A stretch of 64,000 nt of DNA from Octopus sinensis (taxonomy: Eukaryota): the NCBI RefSeq assembly GCF_006345805.1, contig NC_042997.1, positions 199,516,001-199,580,000 on the forward strand, given 5' to 3'. The notes under the pieces are model-generated. The model worked only from the letters and a program-made list of their open reading frames with translations, was not told the DNA's origin and did no database searches. This document shows, piece by piece, positions 22,144-36,305 of this stretch (position 1 is the first letter of the stretch; every line of letters starts with the position of its first letter). Position numbers and translations under genes: made by a program.

Positions 22144-24455
22144 AATTGTTCAATATTTTGCAAAAGGCTGCCTCAATAGCACAGAAACCAAAAAACTATG
22201 ATTTAGAAGAAAAAAAATATCATTTTAATCTAAAACAACTTATTTTCCTTATATTGAGAATAGTAAACAGACAAGTTTGTTTGAATCTTTGATATTATTG
22301 TTATTAATGTAACATATTGATGGGCATTAACGAATAATCTGTCCATGTCTGAAACTAATTAATGTTCATTCATTTATGAACTAATATCAAATACTCAAAC
22401 AGCTTTGTTTTATGCTTCATAAAGAATAGTTTATTTTATTTTATTTTTTTTTCCAAGAAAATAATCATAATGGATTTTCACAAGGGAAATAGATTACCAG
22501 ATCAGAAATAGATTCTAGGTAATACCCAGCAGACTGTTTAGAGGTAATTGATAGCGTCTATTACCTAGGTGACCATTAACAGTCGAGGTAGATATTCTGA
22601 AAGCATAATTGCAGAGCAAGAGCTGGTCAGAAAACATTCAGAGAACTTATTGCCTCTGCTGGCAACAAAGAGTGTCTCTGTTGGTGTGAGGGCAGATTGT
22701 ACAATAGATGTTGGCCTTGAATGCAGATGATTTGCAAAGATAAGAAAGAAATGACCGCAAGCATGCTTCAGTGAATGTGTAATGCCAGACTACAAATGTG
22801 CATAGAGAAAAACTGGACGTAAGATAAATCAGATGTTGCGTGCAAGAGAGAAGAGTCTGCTAGAGCGGGCATGCAACATGGATGATAGCTTTATGAAATA
22901 GGATGAAGTGGTGAAGAATTAAGTTGCTAAGCTTCATGGAGGTTATTACAAAAGAACAAGATGATTTGGTGTCTGGAGAAGAGCTGCCTATCTAATTCTT
23001 TTATTTTTTTACTCTTTTACTTGTTTCAGTCATTTGACAGCAGCCATGCTGGAGCACTGCCTTTAGTTGAGCAAATCGACCCCAGAGTTTATTCTTTGTA
23101 GTGCTTATTCTATCAGTCTCTTTTGCCAAACTGCTAAGTTACGGGGACATAAACATACCAGCATCGGCTGTCAGGCAATGTCGGGGGGAACAAACACAGA
23201 CACACAAACCTACACACACACACATATATACGACGGGCTTCTTTCAGTTTCCATCTACCAAATCCACTCACAAGGCTTTGGTCGGCCCGAGGCTATAGTA
23301 GAAGACACTTGCCCAAGGTGCCACGCAGTCGGACTGAACCCGGAACCATGTGGTTTGTAAGTAAGCTACTTACCACACAGCCACTCCAATTGTTCAATAT
23401 TTTGCAAAAGGCTGCCTCAATAGCACAGAAACCAAAAAACTATGATTTAGAAGAAAAAAAATATCATTTTAATCTAAAACAACTTATTTTCCTTATATTG
23501 AGAATAGTAAACAGACAAGTTTGTTTGAATCTTTGATATTATTGTTATTAATGTAACATATTGATGGGCATTAACGAATAATCTGTCCATGTCTGAAACT
23601 AATTAATGTTCATTTATGAACTAATATCAAATACTCAAACAGCTTTGTTTTATGCTTCATAAAGAATAGTTTATTTTATTTTATTTTTTTTTCCAAGAAA
23701 ATAATCATAATGGATTTTCACAAGGGAAATAGATTACCAGATCAGAAATAGATTCTAGGTAATACCCAGCAGACTGTTTAGAGGTAATTGATAGCGTCTA
23801 TTACCTAGGTGACCATTAACAGTCGAGGTAGATATTCTGAAAGCATAATTGCAGAGCAAGAGCTGGTCAGAAAACATTCAGAGAACTTATTGCCTCTGCT
23901 GGCAACAAAGAGTGTCTCTGTTGGTGTGAGGGCAGATTGTACAATAGATGTTGGCCTTGAATGCAGATGATTTGCAAAGATAAGAAAGAAATGACCGCAA
24001 GCATGCTTCAGTGAATGTGTAATGCCAGACTACAAATGTGCATAGAGAAAAACTGGACGTAAGATAAATCAGATGTTGCGTGCAAGAGAGAAGAGTCTGC
24101 TAGAGCGGGCATGCAACATGGATGATAGCTTTATGAAATAGGATGAAGTGGTGAAGAATTAAGTTGCTAAGCTTCATGGAGGTTATTACAAAAGAACAAG
24201 ATGATTTGGTGTCTGGAGAAGAGCTGCCTATCTAATTCTTTTATTTTTTTACTCTTTTACTTGTTTCAGTCATTTGACAGCAGCCATGCTGGAGCACTGC
24301 CTTTAGTTGAGCAAATCGACCCCAGAGTTTATTCTTTGTAGTGCTTATTCTATCAGTCTCTTTTGCCAAACTGCTAAGTTACGGGGACATAAACATACCA
24401 GCATCGGCTGTCAGGCAATGTCGGGGGGAACAAACACAGACACACAAACCTACAC
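21975..24455. repeat. Near-identical tandem duplication, unit about 1240-1244 bp
   Basis: Identical ORFs at 22065/23309 and 23067/24307; only one 4-bp indel (TTCA near 22367) noticed. Each unit holds a degenerate RTE fragment (about 22510-22985 and 23750-24225). Confidence 0.95.
23010..23387 (-). mobile_element. Chimeric SINE family A at the duplication junction
   Basis: Left half identical to 24250-24455; right half identical to 21975-22143. Confidence 0.88.
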
Positions 24456-24567
24456 ACACACATATATACGATGGGCTTCTTCCAGTTTCTATCTACCAAA
24501 TCCACTCACAAGGCTTTGGTTGGCCCTAGGCTATAGTAGAAGACACTTGCCCAAGGTGCCACGCAGT
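24250..24567 (-). mobile_element. SINE family A, head truncated
   Basis: Family homology stops at ...gtgccacgcagt (24567). Confidence 0.85.
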
Positions 24568-26668
24568 AACTCATACATTTGAGTCTTTCACCTAGTATGT
24601 CTCAGTCATGTTTACATCTGTTGCCACTTTGATACCTTCTATATAGCTCATCATCTTCTCTATTCACTTTACTATGTCATCATTGTTACTAAGGACAGTA
24701 GTAGATCCTTTTTATTCTTTGTACTTAGCTGCCCCTGTAATGAAGAATAGTATTGGACCCTGTTCAATTTTTCCTATTGCTATCCTGATCACTCTAACAT
24801 TACCCACTCTGTATTGTTAGTGATCACCCTCTCTTCGAAGGGCTCCTTTTTATTTACATCCCTCACTAACTTTTACCATTGTCCACTTCCATTACTATCA
24901 CTCTCTCTCTCAACTACTGCCTCATCCCATTTCTTCTGTTTCTATAATAATGTCTCATTCACCAACCCAACCTGATTCTTCTTTTCACCGCCTCATCTAT
25001 TCACTTGCTCACTAATGTTGTTTTGCTCATGAAGCAGTGAGGAATTTCTAGCCTTACAAGATGCAAGGGCAACATCACTAATGCTGGTGGCACAATAAAA
25101 TACACTTGGTAGGCTCTGAAATGTAAATGGCAAATAAGCAAAGATAGTGTAGAGATGCGAGGACTCTGTAGTGTTGCTGATGTCATGTCAACCACTTTAG
25201 AGTTGGTGCCACAGTAAAATATAAACAGTTCATTCCGTTATTATTTGATGATAAAATAAAGATATATGTATATATAGCTCTGAGTGAGTATGGAGTTGAA
25301 AGCCAAACAATGCATTTAATAAAAACAGTTTATTATTTTTATCTTTTTTCTGAATTATCAATCTAAAAGATCCTTTTCAAAGATAGCACTACATAAAGGA
25401 ATACAGAGAGGGAATACAAAGAACAAAATGAAACAGACATTCAGGCATCTTGACTATTTTTTTGAAAGCCCTGAGGGTGGCCTAATATGTAGTTCAAAAC
25501 AGCAGTCATGGCAACATGAAGAAGTTTTCTGCCAATTAGATGAGTCGACAAATCAATGGCAAATTTGTCTTGTTTGTCACTAGTAGCAAAAGCAATTGCT
25601 TCAGTTAACAAATACAATGTAACTCAAATTCATCTGGTTAGATACAGTTAGTTTATAACAGACAGTCTATAGAGATATATTTAAAGCATTGTGACAAGTA
25701 ACATTTACACAAAGTAAGAAGCCAAACAAATATCCTTATGGTTTGGGTCACTGCATGTCAATATCTTTAAAAAGATTTTTTTTTAATGTAGCATATAGAA
25801 TCCAAAGGCTAGAGATGGGAGTGATGCTCTTCTTTGCAAATTGCTATACAGACACAAAGATGTTTCCTGGGGCTAAAACAACAGTAACACTGTCCTTTAT
25901 AGCACTGCCACATTCTGTTGGCATATAAAAGTTACAATCTGAATTTGTTATTCATTTATTTAAGAAATATTTTGCAAAAATGTTACAGGTGTAGAAAGTT
26001 TGATAATTTTCAGAACTTTCGGCCAATCAGAAAACAGCGCGTTTGCTGCTTCTTCCATCATCTGTCACAGTAGCCAGGAGTGGAAGATGGGGGATGGGGG
26101 CGCTGGCATGTCAAAACATTAGAAATAACAGTGAAAAATATTAAAACATACGCGAGCAAATTAAATGTTTAAAAGCTACTGTGATGAAAAGAAATGATTA
26201 TGGAACGCGTGGTAGTTACACTCCTTGTGTGCATGCACAGCATCTTTGGTTACTATGGAAACAGTTCTTTGCAAACAGTTATGGAACACATGGTGGTTAC
26301 ACTCCTTGGTTACTATAGAAACAGAGTTCTTTGCTTACTCTAACAGAACTGCAAGGTGATGTGTAAAATACTCGCTTCTGATTGGCTAAAATACCCAAAT
26401 TTTGCAAATTTTAAGGGCTAATAACTTTTTAACTATAAACTTATAGGAAAAATAATTTTACTTTTCATAACAAGTATACAAAACTTAATAAATATACCAA
26501 ATTTAAAAACAACAGGAACAAAATTGGAGATAGTGACTCAAACCACATAGATCTCCAAAGAATGCAAATTAAAGAAAAAGGCATTAGTTTGATTATCTTT
26601 TCAGAAATTGTCAATCTTCAAGTTCCTTTTTTCAAACAGTATACATACATATATATATACACACACAC

Positions 26669-26699
<31 letters not shown>

Positions 26700-26734
26700 C
26701 AAATATATATGTGTGTGTGTGTGTGTGTGTTTGT

Positions 26735-26900
26735 ATAAAATTAACAAAATGAGATAAAAATCCATGGTTGTGAAAGATTTCAGAACATTTATAAAGAGAA
26801 GGTCTCACAGCTGTTTCTGGGATATTTTATATATCCCTTCATCGGAGATGGTGCAAGAAAATGGTTAAGCAATAATAATTCTAGAGAAGATATGAAATAG
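26735..26900 (-). mobile_element. Repeat family with a degenerate hammerhead-like motif (26802-26849); second, deleted copy at about 18982-19100
   Basis: Both loci share ttcagaacatttataaag...gggatattttatatatcccttcat.ggagatggtgc.agaaaat.gttaagcaa. Confidence 0.6.
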
Positions 26901-27422
26901 AGAGTGAAGTGAAGCATTGAGTTTGTACAAGGTGTTATTGAATCGAGGGTCTTTTTTGAAGTGACTTAAAAGTTGGGAATGTGTTTGTAAGGTCAAATCA
27001 AAAACTGATTTTGACTAATATCTAAACAGCCTTGGTCTTTTATCTTATTACACAAAAAATTCTTATATATATATATAGGATGAATTCTGGTTTGCATGAG
27101 TAAAATAGTGATGACCATAACGTCACTTTATTATAGAAGAATAAGTATTACTTGCCTTCTCATGACTAGTTAATTAGTCATGAAACATATCAAGGCAATC
27201 CCTTATATTTTTCTCTGTGTATAGGGAGTAACAACAGTTCACAGCAAATCCTTTGAAACCTGCAGGTTTTACTGTCTTAGATTTTCTAATTCACATAATA
27301 TATAATGATTTTTTCAATTCTTAAGTCATTTATTATGTTTACAATTTTTATAGTATTGCATAAAAACTGAAAATGCTATTTGATTTAAAAACCTCTATAA
27401 TTTTCTAAATATTCTTTTGTAG

Positions 27423-27524
27423 AGAATTCCGGAGTCTGCTGATTGACATGGTCTTAGCCACTGACATGTCTTTTCATTTCCAGCAAATAAAAAACATGAA
27501 AAGTATGCTGACTTTGACAGAAGG
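27423..27524 (+). CDS. PDE1: PDE1 exon: (R)EFRSLLIDMVLATDMSFHFQQIKNMKSMLTLTE(G)
   Basis: ttttgtag acceptor, gtaagc donor; VLATDMSxHFQQ motif. Confidence 0.97.
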
Positions 27525-27869
27525 GTAAGCATTTCTGAAAACTGAAAATTGTTGTCTTATAAGCCTGTTATAGGAACTTGTATTACCATAATGTATAAGA
27601 AGCATGTTTATTTGGCAACAACAAAAAATGTGTGAGAAGAAAGTGAAAAGAGGGAGCGTGGGGACCAAACAAAAGAGGAGATTAGTAACACAGGTAAAAA
27701 GAAAGAGGGAGAAAGAGAATATATAGTACTCCAAAGAGAAAGAAAGAACAGATGCTGTGTCCAAAGAAGAGGATGCTGTTAATGTGATTGGTGCAATGAG
27801 ATATTCTTTTTGTGTGTGGAAGGTGCACAGGTACAGCAGACTCCATCAAATGCCAGTGGGGATACATAA

Positions 27870-28755
27870 AAGTAGTTGATGGCTTCTGTTCTCTAGGTGA
27901 CTGTTATCAGTAGCAGAGGTGGATGCTCTGAGAGTGTAGCTGTAAGAATAAGCTGGGCAAAGTTCAAAGTGCTCCTACCACTGTTGGCAACAAAGGGCCT
28001 CTCCCTCAGATTGAAAAGCAGACTGTATTATGCCTGTCTGTGAACAGCTATGTTACTCAACAGTGAAACACAGACTGTGACTGCCAAGGACATGTGTAGG
28101 CTTGTAAGAAATGAGGCTAGCATTCCTTGCTGGATGTGCAATGTCAGTGTGCATGTACGACAGAGTGTAAGCATCTTGAGAGAAAATAAAAGGCACCAGA
28201 TGTAGTGTGCAAGATAGACAACTGTGTTGGTATAGTCATGTGATGTGTATGGATGAGGACAGCTGTGTAAAGTGCTGATCTCTAACTGTTGAGGGAACCT
28301 GTGGAAGAGGTAGACCCAAGAAGACATGGGATGAGGAGGTGAAGCATGACCTTTGAACGTTGGGCCTCAAGAAGGCAATGACTGGTGACTGAGACCTTTG
28401 GCGATATGCTATACTTGAGAAAACTTGTCAAACCAAGTGAAATCATAATCATGACTGATGCCGTTGTCATGTAACTGACACCCATGTCAATGGCCCATAA
28501 GAAGCACGTTTTGAGCATTGGGCCTCATGGAGGCAACATGGCTGATGCCGGTGTCCCGTAACTAGCACCTGTGCTGGTGGCACATAAAAAGCACCCATTA
28601 CACTCTGGTTGTCATTAGTAAGGGCATCAAACTGTAGAAACCTTGCCAAATCAGACTGGAGTCTGGTGTAGCTCCCCAACTTACCAGTCCTCAGTCAAAC
28701 TGCCCAACCCATGCCAGCATGAAAAGCGAACGTTAAATGATGATGATGATGATGA
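27870..28755 (+). mobile_element. Decayed RTE LINE 3' part
   Basis: Homologous to 1310-1900 (gctgggcaaagttc..., ggaacctgtggaagaggtagacccaag) followed by the shared tail and (gat)n. Confidence 0.9.
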
Positions 28756-29094
28756 AACACCTAACTTCATAAAAGCCATCAAGAGAGTCTAATAAAAAGA
28801 CTGCCAAGTCTTCCCCTAAATCAAACTCTACTTTGTTTATAAAAAAAAAATACAAGGACACATTAAATAATGGAAACCTAGATACATTGTATCTGAAAAA
28901 AGGACAGGATGGTTAGGCTGGGACATCTTTGATCTCAACCATCAGGACTAACCTAGGGTTAAACAACAGCAACAGTCTTCTTACAGTAACTCATTTCCCT
29001 GTATCATTCAGTTAACTAGTTAGAGTTCTACTGTTCTGCACTATTTACCAGCAAATATACTTCACCTCTGACCCATCCAAAAATAACATATCAT

Positions 29095-29622
29095 GTGACT
29101 GACGGCATCGACCACGTTCGAATGGAGCTTTTTACGTGCCACTGGAATGGGAGCTAGTCAGGGCGCACTGGCCACAGCTACGATTTTGGTTTTACTTGAC
29201 TCAACAGGTCTTCTCAAGCATATCATATCGCCTGACACATCAAGGGTACTCTTAAATGGGCCAGATATGCAATAGATAGAAGATGGTTGAGAACCGCTGG
29301 TTTAGTAGATGATGAAAATATTATGCATAAATGAGAGCTGTTGAGAGTATATTTAGAATAGCACCTGTGCTGGTGGCATGTGTAAAAAGATTCGAGCGAG
29401 GTCATTGCCAGTAGCGCCTGACTGGCTCCTGAGCCAGTGGCACGTAAAAAGCACCCACTACACTCTCGGAGTGGTTCACGATAGGAAGGGCATCCAGCGG
29501 TAGAAACTCTGCCAAATCAAGACTGGAGCCTGGTGCAGCCATCTGGTTCGCCAGCCCTCAGTCAAAATCATCCAACCTATGCTAGCATGGAAGGCGGACA
29601 TTAAACGATGATGATGATGATT
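29095..29622. mobile_element. RTE 3' UTR fragments: minus at about 29095-29270, plus tail at about 29355-29622
   Basis: acttgactcaacaggtcttc module and the shared tail ending (gat)n. Confidence 0.75.
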
Positions 29623-30577
29623 GTATTTGAAATGTGCTCCCCAATATTCAGTTCTCAATCTACCCAAATCCAGCCTTCAAACATCAATAGAAGACGGAGT
29701 AATCGATAGGGTTCTTCTTTCCCTTTCAATAAGTAAACTCTGATTCCAGAAGTTACATAATAAATGCAAAATTATACAATTTGAAAGTAATAAGTAACTG
29801 AATTGCAAAATTGCATTCAATCTGAGAGCTAAGGTATGTTCAATACTTCTTTCATGAACCAAAAAAGAGAAGCTATGTTCTTAGTTTTGAAGAAAATCAA
29901 TACACTGTCGATACAATGCAACTAATATTGAATAGATGCATTTTTTTTTCAGTTTACTTACATTAAACCTCTTCCTTCAATGTGTTGTGTTCTATTGCAA
30001 ATTCGTGTCTTGGTGATCTAGATATTAAAAAATACAGAGAATATTTTTGCCTTTGTTGATCATAAGAGATTATTTGTCCTTCTTATTGGATTCTATAATG
30101 TACACATAAGAAGCATTGTGCTGTTTGATGACATTTCTGAGATAAGTTATTACTAGGCAAGTTTATTGACCACACTGTACATTATTATGATTTTTATATA
30201 TATTTTTTCAACTTCTATTTTGATTATACTGATAATTTTCAATGGTATTTTTATGCACAAGCACACACACATCATGGTTTGGTTGTGTCTCTCAGGAGTT
30301 AAGATTGCTTTTTATCTATAGTTTGTCGCACAGCAGCAATAGCGTGCAGTTTGTAATCAATATCAGAGCCCAGACCCTTTGACAAGGCTGACTCTATTCT
30401 AAGGCTTGATATTAGAATAGATCTCATGTTAACCCTTATGTAACAGGAGAAGCTAACAAAATGTATTAACTATACAGGGATCTTCATAACCCTCAGCTAT
30501 CTAGATCCGTATACTTAATGAGGTTATCTACAGGAATAGATCTGGATAATTACAGAGTTGGGAATAAGAATTTTGGC

Positions 30578-30615
<38 letters not shown>

Positions 30616-32218
30616 CAGATAGTGACTCCAGGTAGGCGTGACTATTTGTGTTTGCATAAGTATATTTATTATAGTGTAATTACTGTTGTCGCTGGAAAGT
30701 ATATTAAATATGATCCAGTTAATACATATATATACTGATTCAGTAAAACAGGTATTTAGTAAATAGCGATTGTGATATGAAAATGAAGACTGGTAATTGG
30801 TTTCAATGTTTGTAATTGATAGCAAAACATCTCAGCTGATGTAGTTCTGATCCTAAGAGATTTAGTACTGATAGTGGTGAGGTAGCAGCTGCCAATATGC
30901 CATTTTGTAGACCTATTCTTACATACAATGATTAATTTTATTACATTAGTTTGTCAGGAAAAACAGAGCCTAAGGTGAAAGAACCATTTGCTGAAATAGA
31001 GAGTAGGATTATTTGATTATCAGTGAAGACAGAAATAAGTTGATAAGGTTGGTGTAGTTAATTATCAGTCAAGACAGAAATAAGTTAATAATGTGTCATA
31101 TAATTTTCTTTAATGGACAAAAAAGATGTATATGAGTGAGAAGCTGCTTAGAGCTACGTAAGCGAAACTAAGTGTTTTCTGTACTCTATTGTACTTAATA
31201 CAGCAATGAACCAAAAACAAGCCATTTAATTTTTTCCCCTTTCTCTTTCACTTAAAAAATATTTAATTGAAAGATGGAGGGGAAAAAAACAGAGGCCAAA
31301 GAATCACAATACACATTTCTAAAGAGGAAAAGGATTTGAGAAAATGATCTTGGCTTAGTATTAAATTAAGTATGGCTATGAGTATAAGATGGAGTATGAG
31401 AGAATGTTTTGCAGGTATGTTTAACACAAGGTTGAAAACATATGCAAAGAAGTGGTCAAGATATTTCTGTAGAGACAGTAATAATGCCAAGCTTAGAATT
31501 GTTGGTTTGGATGCTTGAAAGAGATGGGCATTTCCTGACATAGGACAAGTATTGTACCAAGTGCTCATAGAAAGGTCATGACAAACTTCAAAACTAGATT
31601 GTTACTTTTCAGAATACTTTGTCCTTTATCGAAATTTCCCATTTATTTCCTTCATTGCTTTCGGCAGTAATATTGCACTTCAGTATGTCTTTGAAATGGA
31701 GCTTCTGAAGCCAAAACTAAGTACAAATGCTAACTTACTACAGACAATATTTTTAACAAATAATCATCAGACATGAAGTATACCATAATGGAGCAGCTAA
31801 TGCTGATAAAATGTCAGTAACTGAACAATGCTAAAGCAAGTTAAATGCAAAAAAAAGAAACTTTCTTCAATAAAATATCAAGTATTAAAAATTAATATAA
31901 AAACGTAACCAAATAGCAGGGTATTTCAGTGAAATATTTCTCAAATAACAATGTGGTTGGGTGAGATTATATTAAAAGCAACATTATTTAGAATGTATAC
32001 ATATATCATCATCATCGTTTAACATCTGGTATGTGTCTGTCAAATAAATGAGAATGGAGTGCTCAAAACATGTTGGAGAAGATATGGTTTTTACTACAAC
32101 TGAGAGTGGGACATTGTCTCGTGACTCAAGTTCAACTCTATTGTGATTCCATCTGAAGATCACAGTAGTATGAAACAAGTAGTGAGACACCTTTGAGCCA
32201 CAATAAAAATTATATGCA

Positions 32219-32257
<39 letters not shown>

Positions 32258-32528
32258 TATATATTTAAAATAATAAGGGTGAAAAATTTAATATTAATTT
32301 GATTAATATCAATTTAAAACCAGTGGTCTAGCAGTGGTAAGAACGAAACCAGGTTTCTGATTAATCTTTAGATTTTGTATCCTTTCATTTGTCTTGCTCG
32401 CTTACGTTCTGCCATTTGCTAAATTTTCTTGAGAACAATCCTTTCTTAGTGGTAAGACCATAGGGGTCTACTTCTAGCATAATGGATGTCCACTTAGAGG
32501 TCATCCCTCTTATATGTATGTATGTATG

Positions 32529-32588
<60 letters not shown>

Positions 32589-32629
32589 TTTATCAATTAC
32601 AAAATGTTTCTAAATGATTATCTTTACAG

Positions 32630-32750
32630 CATTGAAAAATCTAAAGCTCTATCGCTTGTGTTGCACTGTGCTGACATCAGCCATCCAGCCAAAGAATGGT
32701 TTATGCATAAGAAATGGACAGATTTGCTTCTTGAAGAATTCTTTAGGCAG
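32630..32750 (+). CDS. PDE1: PDE1 exon: (G)IEKSKALSLVLHCADISHPAKEWFMHKKWTDLLLEEFFRQ
   Basis: tttacag acceptor, gtaagt donor; HCADISHPAK with the His typical of PDE1. Confidence 0.97.
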
Positions 32751-32839
32751 GTAAGTATCATAAAGACAACGTGTTCACTTTCCATATACCAATGAACCAA
32801 ATTTCCAAAATTTAACGTTATTTGTTATTTTCTATCCAG

Positions 32840-32921
32840 GGTGACAGAGAAAAAGAACTAGGTCTGCCGTTTTCCCCACTCTGTGATCGAAAAACTACAC
32901 TAGTTGCAGAATCCCAAATTG
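32840..32921 (+). CDS. PDE1: PDE1 exon: GDREKELGLPFSPLCDRKTTLVAESQI(G)
   Basis: tatccag acceptor, gttagt donor; GDxEKxLGLPFSPLCDR and the invariant Gln (SQIG). Confidence 0.97.
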
Positions 32922-33093
32922 GTTAGTTCATACTATATTTGAATTTAACATCTGTGAATTAACATTTTACAATATCCATAACAATAAAAAGATGTATTAA
33001 ATGTATTAGTGATGAATATTTTAAAATAATGTTAACTATATATATATATATATATATGTGTGTATAAAATGTTTATAACTATTCTTCCTACAG

Positions 33094-33306
33094 GATTTAT
33101 AGAGTTCATTGTTGACCCAAGTTTTACAGTTATGGGTGATGTCTTACAAAAGATAATATATCAAGTGAATCAGTCTATATATGCATGTACTCCAGCAAAA
33201 GTAGATGAAGTTATTTCAGAGGAAGTATTTGAAAGAGCAGATTCTGGGAGCCCACGTTTAGAAAATATTAGCAATAACAGCCGTCCGAGTGCTAAACAAT
33301 CAAGTG
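33094..33306 (+). CDS. PDE1: PDE1 exon: (G)FIEFIVDPSFTVMGDVLQKIIYQV...RPSAKQSS(G)
   Basis: cctacag acceptor, gtatgt donor; GFIEFIVxP motif then a Ser-rich linker. Confidence 0.93.
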
Positions 33307-33384
33307 GTATGTATATAATTTGTTTATTTCAAATTCTACTAAAACATTACACATGATCAGCTACATTAATACATTTCTAACAAT

Positions 33385-33665
33385 CATCATTACCATCATC
33401 ATCATTTAATGTCCACTTTCTATGCTGGTATGGGTTAGACGGTTTGACTGAGGACTGGCGACGCAGATGGCTGCACCAGGCTCCAATCTGATCTGGCAAA
33501 GTTTCTACAGCTGGATGCCCTTCCTAATGCCAACCACTCTGAGAATGTGGTGGGTGCTTTTACGTGCCACTGGCATGAGGGCCAGTCAGGTGTTACTGGC
33601 AACGACCATGCTCAAAAGGTGTTTTTTATATGCCACCTGCACGGGAGCCAGTTTGGTGGCACTGA
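33385..33665 (-). mobile_element. RTE-family 3' tail fragment
   Basis: Matches 8484-8775. Confidence 0.85.
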
Positions 33666-35337
33666 TAAATTCTTAACAGAGAACTCTAATCCTCTTCATA
33701 TATTCTAACCTGTTTCTCTATCTCTTATAGAGCTTATTTAACATAATATATAGCTTATTTATTTTAATTTAACTACCAAATGGCACTGCAATAAAATACT
33801 GCTACTCACAGTCATAAGAGAGAAATTCATTAAAGATACAATTGGGATTGGCGTGGCTAACATACATAATGAAGTACATGCTTTTGCTCACAAAACTCCA
33901 ACAAAATTAAGTATATCTTACTTTATCAGACATTTTGACACTATAAACCTAATTTGTAATTTCCTATATTTTACAACTCAGCTTATACCAAACCCTAACC
34001 ATTACTGAAACTACATACTATGCTTTGCTGCTTCATCTAAAACATGCTCCCTTGTTTTCATGGTCTGCTTGTCTTGTACAGCCACAAATCTGTCTAAAAT
34101 GTATTCAGCTATCAGAATTTAAGTCATTTTGATATAAAATAATCAAATAAGATAAGGCTTTGACATAAGCTCTGATATGTGGGCAATATGGTAAACAGCA
34201 TCTCTCATATCTTCTCTAATTTACAATATGTAATACTATTTTTAAAGGTGGTAAATGACCCTACATGTCACCTGGTTTAACATACCATCTTCCCTGCCTC
34301 CTCCTAGACCAGTACAGTTCTCAGCTAGTTTTTTCATCACAGACAGCTTTGGTTTACTAAACATTTATACAAACCACTTGAGAATAAAATGGATAAATAT
34401 TGTTTTGAGCCAACTAAGAATCCTGTATGGGATAAAAATAATAGCCAAATGTACCTTAAATCACACTCTACAATCTTAAAAGTATGATGCAAGGGATAAT
34501 GTAGTCCTGAATTCCTTGCACATAGAAAAAAGTTGGGATGTCCACAGCTGAAATGTCTTTGATCATGGGTCTGCTTGATCGGAGGTGACTTGGGGCAGCC
34601 ATCCAGAGCGTCTACAGTAAGAAACCTTTTGGGTTCTGGCCCATCCTCCCAGACTTTAACCTCTCATCTCCTTGCTTACAACTGCTTCCCTCTCTATCAT
34701 AACTCTACTCAGTCAAAGAAGATCTAAGTCTTGTGAGTTACACGGTGGCCTCATTTATGCTACTTCCACAAACAAATCTACCCAGTACACTCTAAAGTAG
34801 TTGGCATTCGGAAGGTCATCCAGCCATAGAAATCATTGGAGCATAATGCACTCTTCAGACTAGTCACATCTTGTCAAACTATCCAACTACAGCTAGGATG
34901 GAAGATGAACATTAAAAGATGATAAAGATTACCAGCCCTACACACAATTTACTAACATGTAAGCCTAACATCTCTATGTGACAAAAATCTCTCAACCACT
35001 ATTCTTGGCTATATTCTAAATTCCAACTTTTCTGTGAAAGATGATGTTTATGCATGTGTACAATCAATTCTCTATGCACACACTTTCTTGACACTTTCTT
35101 GACACTTTCTTGACTTTCTCACTTACATCTCAACAGAACAGTCGCTTTCTTCCCTATCATTTTGAGTTCTGTTTTCTTTGCCACACTCTAAACACCTCCA
35201 ACTACTAGTAGCTATTCGATTAATCAAAATGCATCGAGGACACCTCTGTGCGTCTTCTCCACCCTTTTCTCTAAAGTTATATTTTTAGATGGCTTTACAG
35301 AACATAATTCCTACTGGCTATCATTGTCTCCCCCACC

Positions 35338-35369
<32 letters not shown>

Positions 35370-35736
35370 TAATGTTGTCGCAGAGGCTGAAGAGGTCTGC
35401 CTTTTGAATTAGTTGCACCAATAAGTCTCCTCACCTACCCACATCTTTGAATATCTAAATACACTGAATTTCTCTCTCAGTTATAATCCAATATATTTAC
35501 CTCACCATCACAGTCTTCTTCTTCACAAGCTAATTTCAGTACTATTTAATTAAGAACTTCCACCCATCATTAACATTATCAGCCTCTTTATTCCTTAAGT
35601 CAGCTAATTAATTGGAATTGTGCCATTCTAGTTTAAATCTTCCGAATAAAACCAATTACTGTCTCTATGAATCTTTTAAAAGAATCTTTAATAATGACAT
35701 GCTACAAGGTATAACTTAACCTTAAACCAGATTGTG

Positions 35737-35915
35737 GAGGCACATGGCTTAGTGGTTAGAGTGTTGGACTCATGATCGTAAGATTGTAGTTTCGATTCCT
35801 GGACTGGAAGACATGTTGGTTCTTGAGCAAAACAGTTCATTTTCTGTTGCTCCAGTCCACTCAGCTGGTAGTAATGAGTAATCTTGTGATAGATCAGCCT
35901 ACTGGCCAGGGAGGA
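35737..35915 (+). mobile_element. tRNA-headed SINE, family C/D-like 5' part
   Basis: gcacatggcttagtggttagag...gtttcgattcc head; ccagtccactcagctgg domain. Confidence 0.7.
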
Positions 35916-35929
35916 ATAATCACAACATA

Positions 35930-36305
35930 GGCACAGGAGTTGTTGTGTGGTAATTAGCTTGCTTGCCAACCATATGCTTCTGGGTTCAGTACCACTGCAT
36001 GGCACCTTGGGCAAGTGTCTTCTACTATAGCCTCAGGCTGACTAAAGCCTTGTGAGTGGATTTGGTAGATAGAAACTGAAAGAAGCCCATTGTGTGTGTG
36101 TGTGCGCACGCGCATTTGTCTCTTCCCTCCCACATCACTTGACAACCAATGTGTTTGCGTCCCCATAACTTAGTGAATCGGCAAAAGAGATCGATAGAAT
36201 CAGTACAAGGCTTACAAAGAATAAGTCTGGGGGTTGATTTGCTCGACTAAAGGCAGTGCTCCAGCATACCCACAGTCAATTGACTGAAACAAGTATAAGA
36301 ATAAA
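35930..36305 (+). mobile_element. SINE family A
   Basis: Head, body, internal (TG)n and tail all present. Confidence 0.85.

Noticed and set aside
25985-26480. Possible MITE with inverted ccaatcagaa/ttctgattgg motifs
   Set aside because: Could not define termini or a target duplication.
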